DNA from: an uncultured Pirellulales bacterium
GTDB lineage: Bacteria > Planctomycetota > Planctomycetia > Pirellulales > S012-138
Reading direction: 5' to 3'
NCBI GenBank assembly: GCA_964511065.1
Contig: CAZEEG010000006.1
Coordinates: 578 to 63,400, forward strand
DNA length: 62,823 bases
The translations under genes were made by a program, and so were the position numbers. Below, one piece after another: positions 19,446-30,711 of this stretch (position 1 is its first letter; every line of letters begins with the position of its first letter). Below the pieces are notes generated by a model that searched no databases, was not told where the DNA came from, and worked only from the letters and a program-made list of their open reading frames with translations.

Positions 19446-22400
19446 TTAATGGTCTTGATGGTTCTCGGCGGCGGATGATTCGCCGTTGAGTTCTGAAGCC
19501 GCGACAACCGGCACGTTACCGCGGTGCAAGACAGGAAACGGGGCATCGACACTGCGAATGTGGAGGTCGCGCTGTGGAATGGCGATGCGGATGCCCACCT
19601 TCTTGAACTCGCGATGGATGGCGCAGTGCAGTTCGTGGATGACGCCCAAACGGTGATCGAAGGCCGCCAGGTAACAGCGGATGGTGAAGTTCAGCATGCT
19701 GTCGCCAAAGGCGTCGAACGTAATCACGGGGCCCGGGTCGGTCATCACCAGCGGATGCGCGGTGACCACCCGCCTGAGGGTTTCCGTAATCTGATCCGGA
19801 TCGCTGCCATGGGGCACCCCCACATTGATCAATACGCGATTGATCTGGTTGGACAATGTCCAGTTCGTCACGTTACCCGTGACGAACTCCTTGTTCGGGA
19901 CGATAAATTCTTGCCGGTCCCAGTTGGTAACCGTGGTGGCGCGAATGCGGATACGCGATACCACGCCAGTCACTCCCTGGACGGTGATCACATCGCCCAC
20001 GCGTGCCGGCCGCTCGAACAGCACGATTAGGCCAGCCACAAAGTTCGCGAAAATCTCCTGCAGCCCAAATCCCAAACCAACCGTCGCCGCGGCCACCAGC
20101 CATTGGTACTTGCTCCAGTCGATGCCGATCATGCCAAAGGCCCAAATCACGCCGACCACCACCAGCAGGTAGCGGAAGATGGTGCTCACGGCATAGCGGG
20201 CTCCGGCATCCAGCGGCAGGCGTTGCAACAGCAGCAGTTCGAGCAAGCCGGGCACATTCTTGGCCGCCAGGAACGTGGTCGCCAGGATCACGCATGCCAG
20301 CACCAGGTGCCCCAGTGTGACCGGCACCGACGATTCGTTGATGCCGATGTACCACAGGTCGATTTTGTGGAGGAATCCCAACGCCGGCAGCACGTCTACC
20401 CAAATCAGCCAGGTACCTGCCACACCCAGGACGAACAGCAGTACGTTGAGCAACTGCCGGCTTTGCTCGCTGATTTTTGCCAGGTCGGGACCAGGCTCGG
20501 CGTCGATGACGGCCGCGGGCATCGCCCCCGATTCTGTATTGCTGGTGACAGAGGCCGCCAGGGCGGCGCGGCGTTCGCGCGCTTCCTCGATGGCCAAGGC
20601 GCGGCGGTGCAACAACAGCCATCGCAATAAAACGGCCGTCAGGAACAGCAGGCCCAGGAGAAACCACAGCGTCAACAACAGCCGCAGCGAAAGCTGGTAG
20701 GCTGTGTAGTAGTAGCCCAAGGCAGACAGAGCCCCCAGCGAGAGCACGCCCAGCACGCCGCCGATGTACCACAGGTAGCGGAACGTATAGACCCAGCCGT
20801 CGTATTGCATGGCCGCCAGGTTGCGAAACACCGGTCCCGAGGGCAGCAGCGTGCGGTGCGCAAACCAGGCAATCAAGGCCATCGCCAGCATGAACGACAG
20901 CCGAGCGAGCGAATTGCTGTAGGCCTCGCTGCCCATTCGACCAACCGTACCGGCGATCAACAACAGCGCCGGAACACTCAGCACCAGCCATCGCAACTGC
21001 CGCCGCAAGAACCGGCGGGCTGAGGTGGGCCAGCCAAAATGGCTTTCGGCCAGGCCTCCATGCAAACAGATTTGCCGCAAGAACTCGGCCGGCATGTGGA
21101 CCATCGCACTGGCCAACAGGCCCCAGCCCAAGGCGAAGGCAAACGTATCGTTGGTTGGCGCACTGGTCAGTCGCCAGCCCAAGAACAGCAGCAGAAACGG
21201 AATCGGCAGGGTTAGCAGCAGCGTGAGCCACGAGGCCCGCCAGGTAGGTGCCATCTCGCAGCACGAACGTTTCTCAGCTTGGGCGCCGACCATGCGAACG
21301 TCGTAACGCCACTGCCGTTGGCGCGACACCAGCAGCAACCAGGCGCTCGCGGCACCAGCCCACAGCAACGGGTAGTGTTTAAAATCGTCGAACAGGAGTT
21401 GGGCCGCATGCCACCAGTGGGCCGGTTCGCACAGGGCCAGAACCGCGCTACCCGTGGCTACCAGGTCCGACAGGCTGAGAGGCGGTGCGCTGCGAATCCA
21501 CAGTACGTGCTCGTCGATGTAATCGGCGAATCGCCGCGTTTCGCCGATGAGGGCCTCGACGGTGGTGTCCAGTTCCACCCTGCGGTCGAAGTACGTGTTC
21601 AGGTTGCGGATCAGCGTATCGAGTTGATCTTTCTGTTTTTGGAGAATGTCGCGCACCGCCTCCTGGAGTTCTTCCTCGGAGAGCGAGTCGATCGGGCCGA
21701 TCTGCACAATGGCAGCTTCCGTGGCTTTTTGCAGGTTGGAAAGTTCCAGCCGGGCTTCGTCCAGCTCCATCAATTCCAACCGCAGCGCCTGGTTCTCCTC
21801 CTGCCGCTGCGCGATCTGTTGTTCCAGTTCGGTGGTATTGGGCAGCGCTTCCCGTTGCCGCCGCAGCAACAGCCCGATGGCGTCGGTCAGCCCGATCCGC
21901 TCGACCTTTTGCCGGGTGCGTTCGATTTCCGAACGTAAGCCCGACAGTTGCGCATCGACCTGGTCTAACTCGCGGTTGGTCGATTCAATCGCCTTGGGGA
22001 GTTTCGCATTGCGCTGGGCGTACTTCTGGTTGGTTTGTGCCAGCGGTTGCAAAGCTGGCAAAGCTCCGGCAGCGTCCAGACGTGCCTGGCGCGCCTTCTC
22101 TTGAGCCTCTTCCTGCCGCTGCTGCTCGATCCGGCGTTCAACCGCGACCATGCCTTCTTGTGCGCGTGCCGCATCGCGGGCGGCCAGGTCGCGCAACACG
22201 GGCAGCAACTCTGCCGTGGCGGCGTAGCTGGCCAACTCCGTCTGCAGCTTGATGATCCGCTGATTGAGTTTCTGCCGTTCCGCCACGAGCCGCCCCTTGC
22301 GTGCCTGGGTGAGCGCGGCGGATTCCCCGGCCGGGGCCGGAGTGTCCAACTGCCGATCGATTTCTGCGATCCGGTTTCGGGCTTGTTGGATTTCTTCGGG

Positions 22401-22943
22401 AATTTGAGCCCTGCGTTCCTGCCGCCGCGCTGGTTCGTTCTCCAGCCTGCGAACTTCCGCCACCGCGGCCTCGCGCTGGGTGGTCCGCTCGGTGAGCAGT
22501 TGCAGTAGTTCGGAAAGGGAACGGCCCGGCGGAATGGGTTCGATGGCAGGCGGGGGAGCATCGCGCTTTCGCTTGGCGGCTTCCAGGTCTTGGGCCGCGT
22601 TCTGGGCCGCTTTCTCCAACTCGGCCGTTTCGGCGACCAGCTTGGATTCTTCTTCCAGGTCGCGCAACGTTTCGTCGTAAAGGGCCCGGATGCGCTCTGC
22701 TTCGCCCTCGTTCTGTTGGTTATCCAGCGCTTTGAGACGCAGTTGAATGGTGGCCGGCGTCAGGCGCGTGATACCCATCGACTCCGGCGGAAGCGGCGTA
22801 ACCTGCGCTCGCGCGGCCGCCCGCGGACCGACGGCAACTGCAGCAAGAATCAAGGATGCGGCCAGCGCGATCGTGGGCCGTCCGCCAGGCACGCGGCGGG
22901 TGGTGCCGCAGGTGTTATGCCCTGCACGCTCTCGGCTCGTCAT
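19446..22943 (-). CDS. Large mechanosensitive channel, MscK/MscM-like
   Basis: Signal peptide, long periplasmic coiled coil, multiple TMs, C-terminal MscS core GLGFGLQEIFANFVAG..FERPARVGD..IRIRATT..PNKEF. Confidence 0.92.
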   Translation of the reverse strand: MTSRERAGHNTCGTTRRVPGGRPTIALAASLILAAVAVGPRAAARAQVTPLPPESMGITRLTPATIQLRLKALDNQQNEGEAERIRALYDETLRDLEEESKLVAETAELEKAAQNAAQDLEAAKRKRDAPPPAIEPIPPGRSLSELLQLLTERTTQREAAVAEVRRLENEPARRQERRAQIPEEIQQARNRIAEIDRQLDTPAPAGESAALTQARKGRLVAERQKLNQRIIKLQTELASYAATAELLPVLRDLAARDAARAQEGMVAVERRIEQQRQEEAQEKARQARLDAAGALPALQPLAQTNQKYAQRNAKLPKAIESTNRELDQVDAQLSGLRSEIERTRQKVERIGLTDAIGLLLRRQREALPNTTELEQQIAQRQEENQALRLELMELDEARLELSNLQKATEAAIVQIGPIDSLSEEELQEAVRDILQKQKDQLDTLIRNLNTYFDRRVELDTTVEALIGETRRFADYIDEHVLWIRSAPPLSLSDLVATGSAVLALCEPAHWWHAAQLLFDDFKHYPLLWAGAASAWLLLVSRQRQWRYDVRMVGAQAEKRSCCEMAPTWRASWLTLLLTLPIPFLLLFLGWRLTSAPTNDTFAFALGWGLLASAMVHMPAEFLRQICLHGGLAESHFGWPTSARRFLRRQLRWLVLSVPALLLIAGTVGRMGSEAYSNSLARLSFMLAMALIAWFAHRTLLPSGPVFRNLAAMQYDGWVYTFRYLWYIGGVLGVLSLGALSALGYYYTAYQLSLRLLLTLWFLLGLLFLTAVLLRWLLLHRRALAIEEARERRAALAASVTSNTESGAMPAAVIDAEPGPDLAKISEQSRQLLNVLLFVLGVAGTWLIWVDVLPALGFLHKIDLWYIGINESSVPVTLGHLVLACVILATTFLAAKNVPGLLELLLLQRLPLDAGARYAVSTIFRYLLVVVGVIWAFGMIGIDWSKYQWLVAAATVGLGFGLQEIFANFVAGLIVLFERPARVGDVITVQGVTGVVSRIRIRATTVTNWDRQEFIVPNKEFVTGNVTNWTLSNQINRVLINVGVPHGSDPDQITETLRRVVTAHPLVMTDPGPVITFDAFGDSMLNFTIRCYLAAFDHRLGVIHELHCAIHREFKKVGIRIAIPQRDLHIRSVDAPFPVLHRGNVPVVAASELNGESSAAENHQDH

Positions 22944-23390
22944 GACGGTCAGCCTTCCGTAACTGCGAACGTCGAAGGATCGCGGTCGGTAGGTTCCTCC
23001 GGGGACATCCGTGCCGCTGCGAGAAGAGCATACCGGAATCGCTCGGACGGTAGAATCCCGGGGGGACGCCCCTGCTCGCCTTGTCTTTGTACCCTTTGTA
23101 AATTGGCTGCCATGGCGCTAAGTGCCAGCAGCGCCGCCGCCCCACAGTGATCGAGGGCGAGCAGGGGCAACCGCGGGCAACGCTCGCGGGGTGGTGTAGC
23201 CTGGTGTGTCTGTTGCCATACGGCGCACGGATCGAGCTAAGATCCAATGCCCTGGATGGTTACAGTGAAAGGTAGGTTGTGGCAGGGGGGAACGGCTTAG
23301 CACCGGGGCGTTCGCAGATCCACCCCCCCAGCGGTATCGCGCCTTACCGCAGGTGGATGGTGTGGTTGCGATGGTGCGCCTCTCCGCGTG

Positions 23391-24962
23391 TTAGTCTGAA
23401 TCGTCGTCTTTCAGCCCAAGGCGTTTGAACCATCGCCCGCCGCGGGCCTTGCCGCCGGACTCGTGCCCCTGTTCTTCCGGGGCCTTGGATTTTTGGAGCC
23501 GGTGCAGTTCGTCGTCGATGCTGCGCATTTTCTCTTCGAGTTCTTGGCGTTCTCGGGCGATCTTGGCCCTTTCCATAGAGAGTTCGATTTCGGCCTGGCG
23601 GTACTTTTCTTCGAGTTGATTCTTGAGTCGTTCGAGGTTCTGCCGCTCCTGGAGAATCAGTTCGTCCTGGTCGAGGATTTCGGCGATGGCTGCGGCCCCC
23701 ACCGCCATGTCGCCCAGGTTGGCGCTTTGCTGGTTCAGGACTTCGCGCAGTTCGGCAAGTTCGCGTTCTTTTTCGACGATCGCGGCATCGGTACGCCGGA
23801 TGACATCTTCGATGGTCAGCCGGTCTTCGGCAGCCTCTTCGTCATCTTCGTCAAAATCGGCTTCCAGCGCGGCCAGCAGGCGGCGTTTCTGCGATTCCCA
23901 ATCCATGCCTTCCGAGTCGGCCGGGGTACCAGCCCGAACGTTGGCCAGCTTGTTCTCCAGCGATACCGAGCGGGCCCGTTCGTGGCGGAGATCGTCCACG
24001 GCCATCTGGTAGCGTTCGCGGAGTTCGTCCAGTTCCTGCCGCAGAGCCTCGTCGCCAGTGCCGGATTGGGCCGCGGCCACCTGCCGGCGCAGTTCCTCCA
24101 CTTCCTGATCGGCGTTGGCCAGGCGACCTTTCAGCCGTTGAACTTCGTCGTTCAGTTCTTGGAGCTTCTGCTCCGCGTCGATGCTGGTAGCGTCGAGCAA
24201 CTGTTCTTCGAGCGAGCGGCACTCGGCCTGGCGCTGGAGCAGTTCGGTGGTCCGTTCTTCCAGTTGGGTCTGAACGGCAGCCAGTTGCTCGCGGAGGTTG
24301 GCGATCTCCTCGGCGGCGTCGGGAGCCAGGCCGGCAGCAGCTTCTTGGGCGGCGGCTTGCAGACGCTCGCGTTCCTCGCGATGCGCTTTGCGTTCGCGTT
24401 CCATCTCGTCGAGCAGTTGCTGGCGCTCGGCCACCAGCTTTTCGTGCTGCTCGTCCAATTGCCGGAGCCGCTCGGTCAGCCGTTCCCTGCCGCGGGCCAA
24501 TTGCTGCGCGTCGAGGGTGAACTCCTCCTGCATCTTGGCCAATTCGCGTTGGCCTTCGCGGAGGCGGATTTCGTGGGCTTCCTGTTCGGCCGCCTTGGCT
24601 TCCAGTTCCGCTTCCCAGGCTTGTAACCGCTCGTGGCTGGCCTGTTGTTCCGCGCGCATTTGCTCTTGCGCGTCGGCAAACTGGCTCTGGAGGGATTCCA
24701 GCTCTGCCCGCAATTGAAGCAACCGCTCGGTTTTTTGTTCGACTTCGGCCTGCTGGGCGAGGACTTCCACGCGGAGGGCGCGAATGTCTTCGCCGTCGAA
24801 CTCGTCGGCCAGCTTCTGGATTTCGTCGGCGAGGGTTTTCTGGATTCTCCGCAGTCGTTCCTGGTGCGACTGGATGAACTGCTCCAACTCACCCAGTCCG
24901 CCGTCTCCTAACAGGAGCTCGGCGTACTCGGCATCGGCGTGAGCGTGCAGGGTATCATCCAT
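23391..24962 (-). CDS. Long coiled-coil protein of unknown function
   Basis: 523 aa, E/Q/R/L-rich heptad character, WESQKRRLL and EIELSMERAKIARER segments, C-terminal RWFKRLGL. Confidence 0.85.
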   Translation of the reverse strand: MDDTLHAHADAEYAELLLGDGGLGELEQFIQSHQERLRRIQKTLADEIQKLADEFDGEDIRALRVEVLAQQAEVEQKTERLLQLRAELESLQSQFADAQEQMRAEQQASHERLQAWEAELEAKAAEQEAHEIRLREGQRELAKMQEEFTLDAQQLARGRERLTERLRQLDEQHEKLVAERQQLLDEMERERKAHREERERLQAAAQEAAAGLAPDAAEEIANLREQLAAVQTQLEERTTELLQRQAECRSLEEQLLDATSIDAEQKLQELNDEVQRLKGRLANADQEVEELRRQVAAAQSGTGDEALRQELDELRERYQMAVDDLRHERARSVSLENKLANVRAGTPADSEGMDWESQKRRLLAALEADFDEDDEEAAEDRLTIEDVIRRTDAAIVEKERELAELREVLNQQSANLGDMAVGAAAIAEILDQDELILQERQNLERLKNQLEEKYRQAEIELSMERAKIARERQELEEKMRSIDDELHRLQKSKAPEEQGHESGGKARGGRWFKRLGLKDDDSD

Positions 24963-25588
24963 GGGGTCGTTCCAGTTCGGCAGAGCGCGAGGGAGCGCGC
25001 AGGGGAGGCCTGGCTCGAGCGTGGCTGCCGAAAGCGAGTTCCGTTCACCACGTTGCGGACGATTCCCTTAGCGCGAGGCATGAATTGCCATCGGCAGGAC
25101 TGCTTCCCAAGGGAGATCGGAACCAGGGGCGCGTCTAAATACCTATAGGCCACAAGGATGCCTCGGTCAAAACCGGCGCGGATGCCAGCGAAGGAAGCGA
25201 GCCCGCCAGCAGGCTATGCAAACAGGCAATGCGGCCTTCAACGTTCCATACCCCGCCGGTAGGCGCGGCAGCATCGAACGATGCGCCACCACCGTTCCAT
25301 GCCGGCCAATCGCTCCAGGGCCCGATCGCCGCATGCCGCGATTGCTCTGCGTGCCAACCCACGCCGCGAAGCGAATGGCCCGCTACTGTCTGCACCGGTA
25401 ACTCCGGCGGTAGCGGATACGACCTTTGTGCGGTTTGGGGCCGCGGCGGCGCGGCCCGCCTTGATTGCAATGGGGCCTGTTCCTAGACTACTTAACGCGA
25501 TAGACCGCAAGCGTTCGTTCATGGTTAAGCCATTTCCACAATTGGCAAAGAGCGGCCCTGGGCTGGAACCGACACCGTTTGCGACTCT

Positions 25589-27028
25589 ATGTTCGTTGAG
25601 CCATGGGAGACCCGGGTCATTGGCGCTACTGCTACTTCCGATTTTGCCTACCAGCGGTGCATTTATCCGCAGTTCGATGCAACCTACAGCATCGGCGAGG
25701 CGCTGACGGCTTGCCCTCAATGCGGGGGGCTGCTCGATGTGCTGTACGATTGGGACCGCGCCCGCCCGCCCACCTCGTGGAAATTCTTTGAAAATAAATG
25801 GGCCAACCGGCTCGACCCGCTTTGCTTCAGCGGTGTCTGGCGGTTCCGCGAACTGCTGCCGTTTGCCCCGCCCGAGCAAATCGCCACCATCGGCGAGGGC
25901 CAGACGCTCCTGCACCCCAGCCAGGACGTCGCCCAGTACGTGGGCCTACAGCCGGGTGGGCTGTTCTTGCAGTACGAGGGGATGAACCCCTCGGGCAGCT
26001 TCAAAGACAACGGCATGACGGCCGCCTTCACCCATGCCCGCACCATCGGCGCCCGCCGCGCCGCCTGCGCTTCCACCGGCAACACCAGCGCCTCGCTGGC
26101 CCTGTACTGTTCGGTGACGGATATCATGCGGGCGGTGATTTTCGTGGGCTCGGGCAAGATTGCCTATGGCAAGCTGTCGCAGGCCCTGGATTACGGCGCG
26201 CTGACCGTGCAGATTGCCGGCGACTTCGACGACGCCATGCAGCGCGTGAAAGAAGTCTCGTCCACGCTGGGCATCTACCTGGTCAACAGCGTCAACCCGT
26301 TCCGGCTCGAGGGCCAGAAAACCATCATGTTCCGCGTGCTGGAGGCGCTCGCCTGGCAGCCTCCCGACTGGATCGTGGTGCCGGGGGGAAACCTGGGGAA
26401 CGCCAGTGCGTTCGGCAAAGCGTTCATTGAGCTGAAGCACCTGGGGCTGATCGAGCAGGTGCCGCGCCTGGCCGTGATCAATGCCGCCGGCGCCAATACG
26501 CTGTATGAGTTGTACGAGAACCGCGGCCTCCGCTGGAACGGCGGCCAGCCCGATCAGTCCATCGTCCACACGTACTATGCCGAGCTGGATGCGCGGCACC
26601 GGCGGGCTGAAACCATCGCCAGCGCGATCGAGATCAATCGGCCTGTCAACCTGATGAAATGCCTGCGCGCGCTGGAATTCTGTGACGGCGTGGTTCGCGA
26701 GGTGACGGACCAGGAAATTCTGGATGCTAAGGCCCGCGTCGGAGCAGGGGGCCTGGGCTGCGAACCGGCCAGTGCCGCCAGCGTGGCCGGGGCCAAGCTG
26801 CTCGTCCAGCAAGGCGTGATTGCCCCCAGCGATCGCGTGGTATGCATCCTAACCGGGCATCAGCTCAAGGATCCCACGGCCACGGTCGCTTACCACGGTA
26901 CCGACCAGGAACAGTTCAACCGCGTGCTGGGAAGCCGTGGCGTCCGCCGGGCCACGTACGCGAACCGTGCCGTAGAAGTCTCGAACGACCTCGACGAGAT
27001 CATCCGGGCCATCCAAATGTATAGTTAA
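25589..27028 (+). CDS. thrC: Threonine synthase
   Basis: N-terminal [24 protein letters not shown] (PLP Lys), [30 protein letters not shown]; start approximate. Confidence 0.93.
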   Translation: MFVEPWETRVIGATATSDFAYQRCIYPQFDATYSIGEALTACPQCGGLLDVLYDWDRARPPTSWKFFENKWANRLDPLCFSGVWRFRELLPFAPPEQIATIGEGQTLLHPSQDVAQYVGLQPGGLFLQYEGMNPSGSFKDNGMTAAFTHARTIGARRAACASTGNTSASLALYCSVTDIMRAVIFVGSGKIAYGKLSQALDYGALTVQIAGDFDDAMQRVKEVSSTLGIYLVNSVNPFRLEGQKTIMFRVLEALAWQPPDWIVVPGGNLGNASAFGKAFIELKHLGLIEQVPRLAVINAAGANTLYELYENRGLRWNGGQPDQSIVHTYYAELDARHRRAETIASAIEINRPVNLMKCLRALEFCDGVVREVTDQEILDAKARVGAGGLGCEPASAASVAGAKLLVQQGVIAPSDRVVCILTGHQLKDPTATVAYHGTDQEQFNRVLGSRGVRRATYANRAVEVSNDLDEIIRAIQMYS

Positions 27029-27186
27029 ACGGCCGCCACGGGCTCGGTCGCACTTTACGTGCATGGCGCAAGGGATGCGTTCGCTGCTGCGGCCTCTTTC
27101 CACGACGGGCAGCGCATGATACCACGGCATGCCCGTCGCTGTTGCGAGATTTATTGGTTCGTCTTCCGCTTGTATGAGTGTTTGCT

Positions 27187-27984
27187 ATGACGGTAAACGT
27201 CGCCATTCACGGTGCCGCAGGTCGGATGGGGCAGCGGCTGATTGCCCTGGGCTCTAGCGACCCTGATTTGAAAATCACCGCCGCCCTGGAAGCCGGCGAC
27301 CACCCTCGCTTGGGCGAAGACGCTGGAGTGGTTTCGGGCGTGGGGCCGATGGGCGTGCCGCTCGCTTCCGACCCGGGACAGGCGCCCGTGGATGTGGTGA
27401 TCGACTTTTCCTCGCCCTCGGGCGTGGACCGTATCGTTGACCTTTGCCTCCAGCGGAACATTCCGCTGGTGCTGGCGACCACGGGGCTTTCGCCGCAGCA
27501 GCGCGACCGTGTTGCGGCCGCTGCCGAAAAGATTCCGCTGCTTTCGGCCCCCAACATGAGCCTTGCCGTTAATCTCCTGATGAAGCTGACCGGTGTCGCG
27601 GCGGGAGCGCTCAAAGACCAGGCTTCGGGCGTGGACGTTGAGATCATCGAACGGCACCACCGCTTCAAGGAAGATGCCCCCAGCGGAACGGCGCTGAAGT
27701 TCGGCGAGATCGTAGCCCAGGCGATGGGACAGACAAAGCACGTCCACGGCCGGGAGGGTCAAACGGGTGCCCGCTCGGCAACCGAGATTGGGTATCACGC
27801 CGTGCGCGTGGGCGATAACCCTGGCGAGCACACCATTGTCTTTGGAATGCTCGGCGAGTCGATTGAACTGGTCGTGAGGGCCAGCAATCGCGACTGCTAT
27901 GCGCACGGGGCGCTGGCCGCGGCCAAGTACCTGGCCGGCAAGCCGGCCGGCAGCTACGACATGAACGACGTTCTCGGACTGTAG
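27187..27984 (+). CDS. dapB: 4-hydroxy-tetrahydrodipicolinate reductase
   Basis: GAAGRMG, IDFS, ATTG, APNMS, ERHHRFKEDAPSGTA, GEHTIVF. Confidence 0.96.
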   Translation: MTVNVAIHGAAGRMGQRLIALGSSDPDLKITAALEAGDHPRLGEDAGVVSGVGPMGVPLASDPGQAPVDVVIDFSSPSGVDRIVDLCLQRNIPLVLATTGLSPQQRDRVAAAAEKIPLLSAPNMSLAVNLLMKLTGVAAGALKDQASGVDVEIIERHHRFKEDAPSGTALKFGEIVAQAMGQTKHVHGREGQTGARSATEIGYHAVRVGDNPGEHTIVFGMLGESIELVVRASNRDCYAHGALAAAKYLAGKPAGSYDMNDVLGL

Positions 27985-28123
27985 GGCCGGTTTCACCGGC
28001 CGCTCGCCGCTGATTTGGGGGTTCAACGGTTGCCCATGATTCCGGCCGCATTGCGTCCAGCAATTGCCGGAACCACGGAGCGCCGGGTTTGTCCCTTGCG
28101 CGCAGGCGCGCGGGGCCGTCAAT

Positions 28124-29542
28124 CTACTTCGTACCCTCGGACTTAGGCCGCTGAGCCGCCTGCACGGCCGGTTGTGGGCTTTGCTCCGGCGATTCGTTCG
28201 GTACCAGCAATTGCAGGCTATCGATCATCTCGCTGTCCAGGTTTCCTAACCGCTCGCGCAGGTTGCGTTCCATCGTCACCCCGCAGGCAAGCTGGTGGCC
28301 TTGATTGTCGGAGACGAGATAGTAGTGCCACTGTACTTGCAGCCCTTGAACTTCGCCGATGGCTTCCAGCCGGATGACGCGGTGCCCGGCGGTGTTGGTT
28401 GTTTCGCGTTCGGCGGTGAAGCTGCCGAAATGTTCGCCGATGGATTTCTGGACGTTCTGCTTGAAAGTTTCAAGACTTTGCACCTTATCTGCCGCCACCG
28501 GCGCTAGCGGTGAAAGATTGCACTGGGCCACCAGTTCGCCCTTGTCCACCAGCCGCAGGCTGACCAGTTCCGGCGCTTCGTGCATGATGTGCCACCGGCG
28601 GTCGTAGTCAAAGCGGAACGTCTTGCTCGGAGCAATGAAGGCCAATTGCCGTTGGGCGGCGTCGGAAGCCGGTTCGATGGGAGCGGTCAATTCGCGCGGC
28701 AAGTCGGCCGTGGTGATCGGCTTGATCTGCATGTCCAGCTTGCAGGTGACATTGAGACCCGGCCCGATGTGACCGATGGCCCGCTGCTCGCGGACGGTGA
28801 GCTTCACGGCGGAGATCCAATTCGTGGCCAGGTCGTAGGTGAGCGTGCCATCCAGATGGATTTCGGTGGCCACCCCGCCCACGGCACCGTTCACTTGCCC
28901 GGCGATGAGGAGGTTCGCCGTTTTACCTTCGGTCACGTCGCCCAGCACGCATTGCACGTCGCTGTTGCCGACGACGTCGATGCCCAATAGCTGGGCCAGA
29001 AGGTCGCCATCGAGTTGCCATTTCTGGCCAATGGTCACGGCCTCCTTGGGAAGCAGCAGCGGCAGCAGGGCCGTGTTGCCTTGGATATCGATCAGGTCGA
29101 GTTCCTCGCGTGTCAGTCCCTGCCCAGGGCAGTAGATGTTGCGCTGCTGCGATGAGGCTTCGATCACCACCAGATGTTGCTGAGGACGCAGACGCGGTTG
29201 AATTTTCTCGCCGTTGATGACCAGATCGGCAACGGCGCGGTCGTACCAGCGGGCCAATTTCCGCGTCTTCCCCCGGGCCAGTACGTTCTCGCGATACTGG
29301 TGGTCGGCGGTAACGGCCAGCTTCAACTCGTCGATCTGTCCCTGGTTCATCACCCTGAGCACGCCGGTTACGTCCATCGTAACCTGCACCTGTTGGCAGG
29401 TTCCGGTGGCAAGTCGATCGGGCAGCGAGAAGGATTGCTGCTCGCCCCGGGCCGAGGCGCCCAACAGCATTCCAAGAGCTAGCGAACAAGCGGCCAACGT
29501 GCGGCCGGCCACGATAACCTGGTAGCGATCCCGGCGATGCAT
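28124..29542 (-). CDS. Secreted hypothetical protein (beta-rich, two-domain)
   Basis: Signal peptide LAACSLALGMLLGASARG; long well-formed ORF; no family recognised. Confidence 0.75.
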   Translation of the reverse strand: MHRRDRYQVIVAGRTLAACSLALGMLLGASARGEQQSFSLPDRLATGTCQQVQVTMDVTGVLRVMNQGQIDELKLAVTADHQYRENVLARGKTRKLARWYDRAVADLVINGEKIQPRLRPQQHLVVIEASSQQRNIYCPGQGLTREELDLIDIQGNTALLPLLLPKEAVTIGQKWQLDGDLLAQLLGIDVVGNSDVQCVLGDVTEGKTANLLIAGQVNGAVGGVATEIHLDGTLTYDLATNWISAVKLTVREQRAIGHIGPGLNVTCKLDMQIKPITTADLPRELTAPIEPASDAAQRQLAFIAPSKTFRFDYDRRWHIMHEAPELVSLRLVDKGELVAQCNLSPLAPVAADKVQSLETFKQNVQKSIGEHFGSFTAERETTNTAGHRVIRLEAIGEVQGLQVQWHYYLVSDNQGHQLACGVTMERNLRERLGNLDSEMIDSLQLLVPNESPEQSPQPAVQAAQRPKSEGTK

Positions 29543-29757
29543 GCCTTGCCTCAGCGATGAACAGCGGGAGAATGAAGCCGAATTTCTGGTGGAAGCTTGA
29601 TGCCAGCGGCGGCACCGCTTGCAGTCGCTGCTAGCAGCGCGCAGGTGCCGAACTGCTTGACAAGGAAAGCTCCCCCCACTGTTATCGGCGCCCGGTGCCG
29701 ATTTTTCCGAACATTCCGCCGTAACCAACTTGCGGCCTGTTTCCTGTTGAGGTTGCC

Positions 29758-30696
29758 ATGACGGCTGGAGCGATGGTCATCGGGTTGGGCGAAGCCCTGT
29801 TCGACGTCTTCCCTGACCGCAGTATCCTGGGCGGCGCACCGCTCAACGTGGCCGTGCAAGCCCATCAACTGCTGGCACCGCGCGGCGGGCAGGGCATGCC
29901 GGTCAGCCGCATTGGCCGCGACGCACTGGGGCAACGCCTGCTCGACGAACTGACCGCCCGGGGAATCCCAACCGCCGGAATCCAGATCGACCCCCACCAT
30001 CCCACCGGAACGGTAAAGGTCACGATCGAAAACGGCGAGCCGCACTACGAGATTGTGGAAGGCGTGGCTTGGGATTACCTGGAATGGACCGACGAACTGG
30101 AACAGCTCGCCAGCCGATGCCAGGCCGTGACCTACGGCACACTCGCCCAGCGCTGTGAAACGTCGCGAGACACCATCCAGCGGTTTGTCATGTGGGCCCG
30201 CCAGGCGGTGCGGCTATTCGATGTCAATCTGCGGCAGCACTACTACGATGCGGAAGTGCTAAGGCGGGGTTGCGAATTGGCCTCCATCGTCAAGCTGAAC
30301 GAGCAGGAACTGCCGCTGGTTCACCAGGCATTGGGCCTGCCCGATGCGACCGACGCTTTTTCAGGCGAGGTCCGCGCCGATCGCCTGGTTGAAGACATGA
30401 TGGCCGGATTCATGCTCGACGCCGTTGCCCTTACGCGCGGGGCACAAGGCACGGTGTTGTATCAGTCGGGCCATAAAGTCCACGGGAAGCAGGTGCAGTA
30501 CCCCCGGGCTGAGAATGCCGATAGCGTGGGGGCGGGCGACGCCTGTAGCGCCGGCCTGATCGTGGGCCTGTTAGCGCACCGTTCCTCGCAGGAAATCGTC
30601 GATTTGGCAAACCACCTGGGGGCGTATGTCGCCAATCAGGCCGGAGCCACCCCGCCGTTGCCGCGGGAACTGATCGATCGCGCCGCTTGGACATGA
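29758..30696 (+). CDS. PfkB-family carbohydrate kinase (fructokinase-like)
   Basis: GEALFD, GGAPLNVA, FDVNLR, KLNEQE, DSVGAGD. Confidence 0.92.
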   Translation: MTAGAMVIGLGEALFDVFPDRSILGGAPLNVAVQAHQLLAPRGGQGMPVSRIGRDALGQRLLDELTARGIPTAGIQIDPHHPTGTVKVTIENGEPHYEIVEGVAWDYLEWTDELEQLASRCQAVTYGTLAQRCETSRDTIQRFVMWARQAVRLFDVNLRQHYYDAEVLRRGCELASIVKLNEQELPLVHQALGLPDATDAFSGEVRADRLVEDMMAGFMLDAVALTRGAQGTVLYQSGHKVHGKQVQYPRAENADSVGAGDACSAGLIVGLLAHRSSQEIVDLANHLGAYVANQAGATPPLPRELIDRAAWT

Positions 30697-30711
30697 TGTC
30701 GGCCGCGCGGT

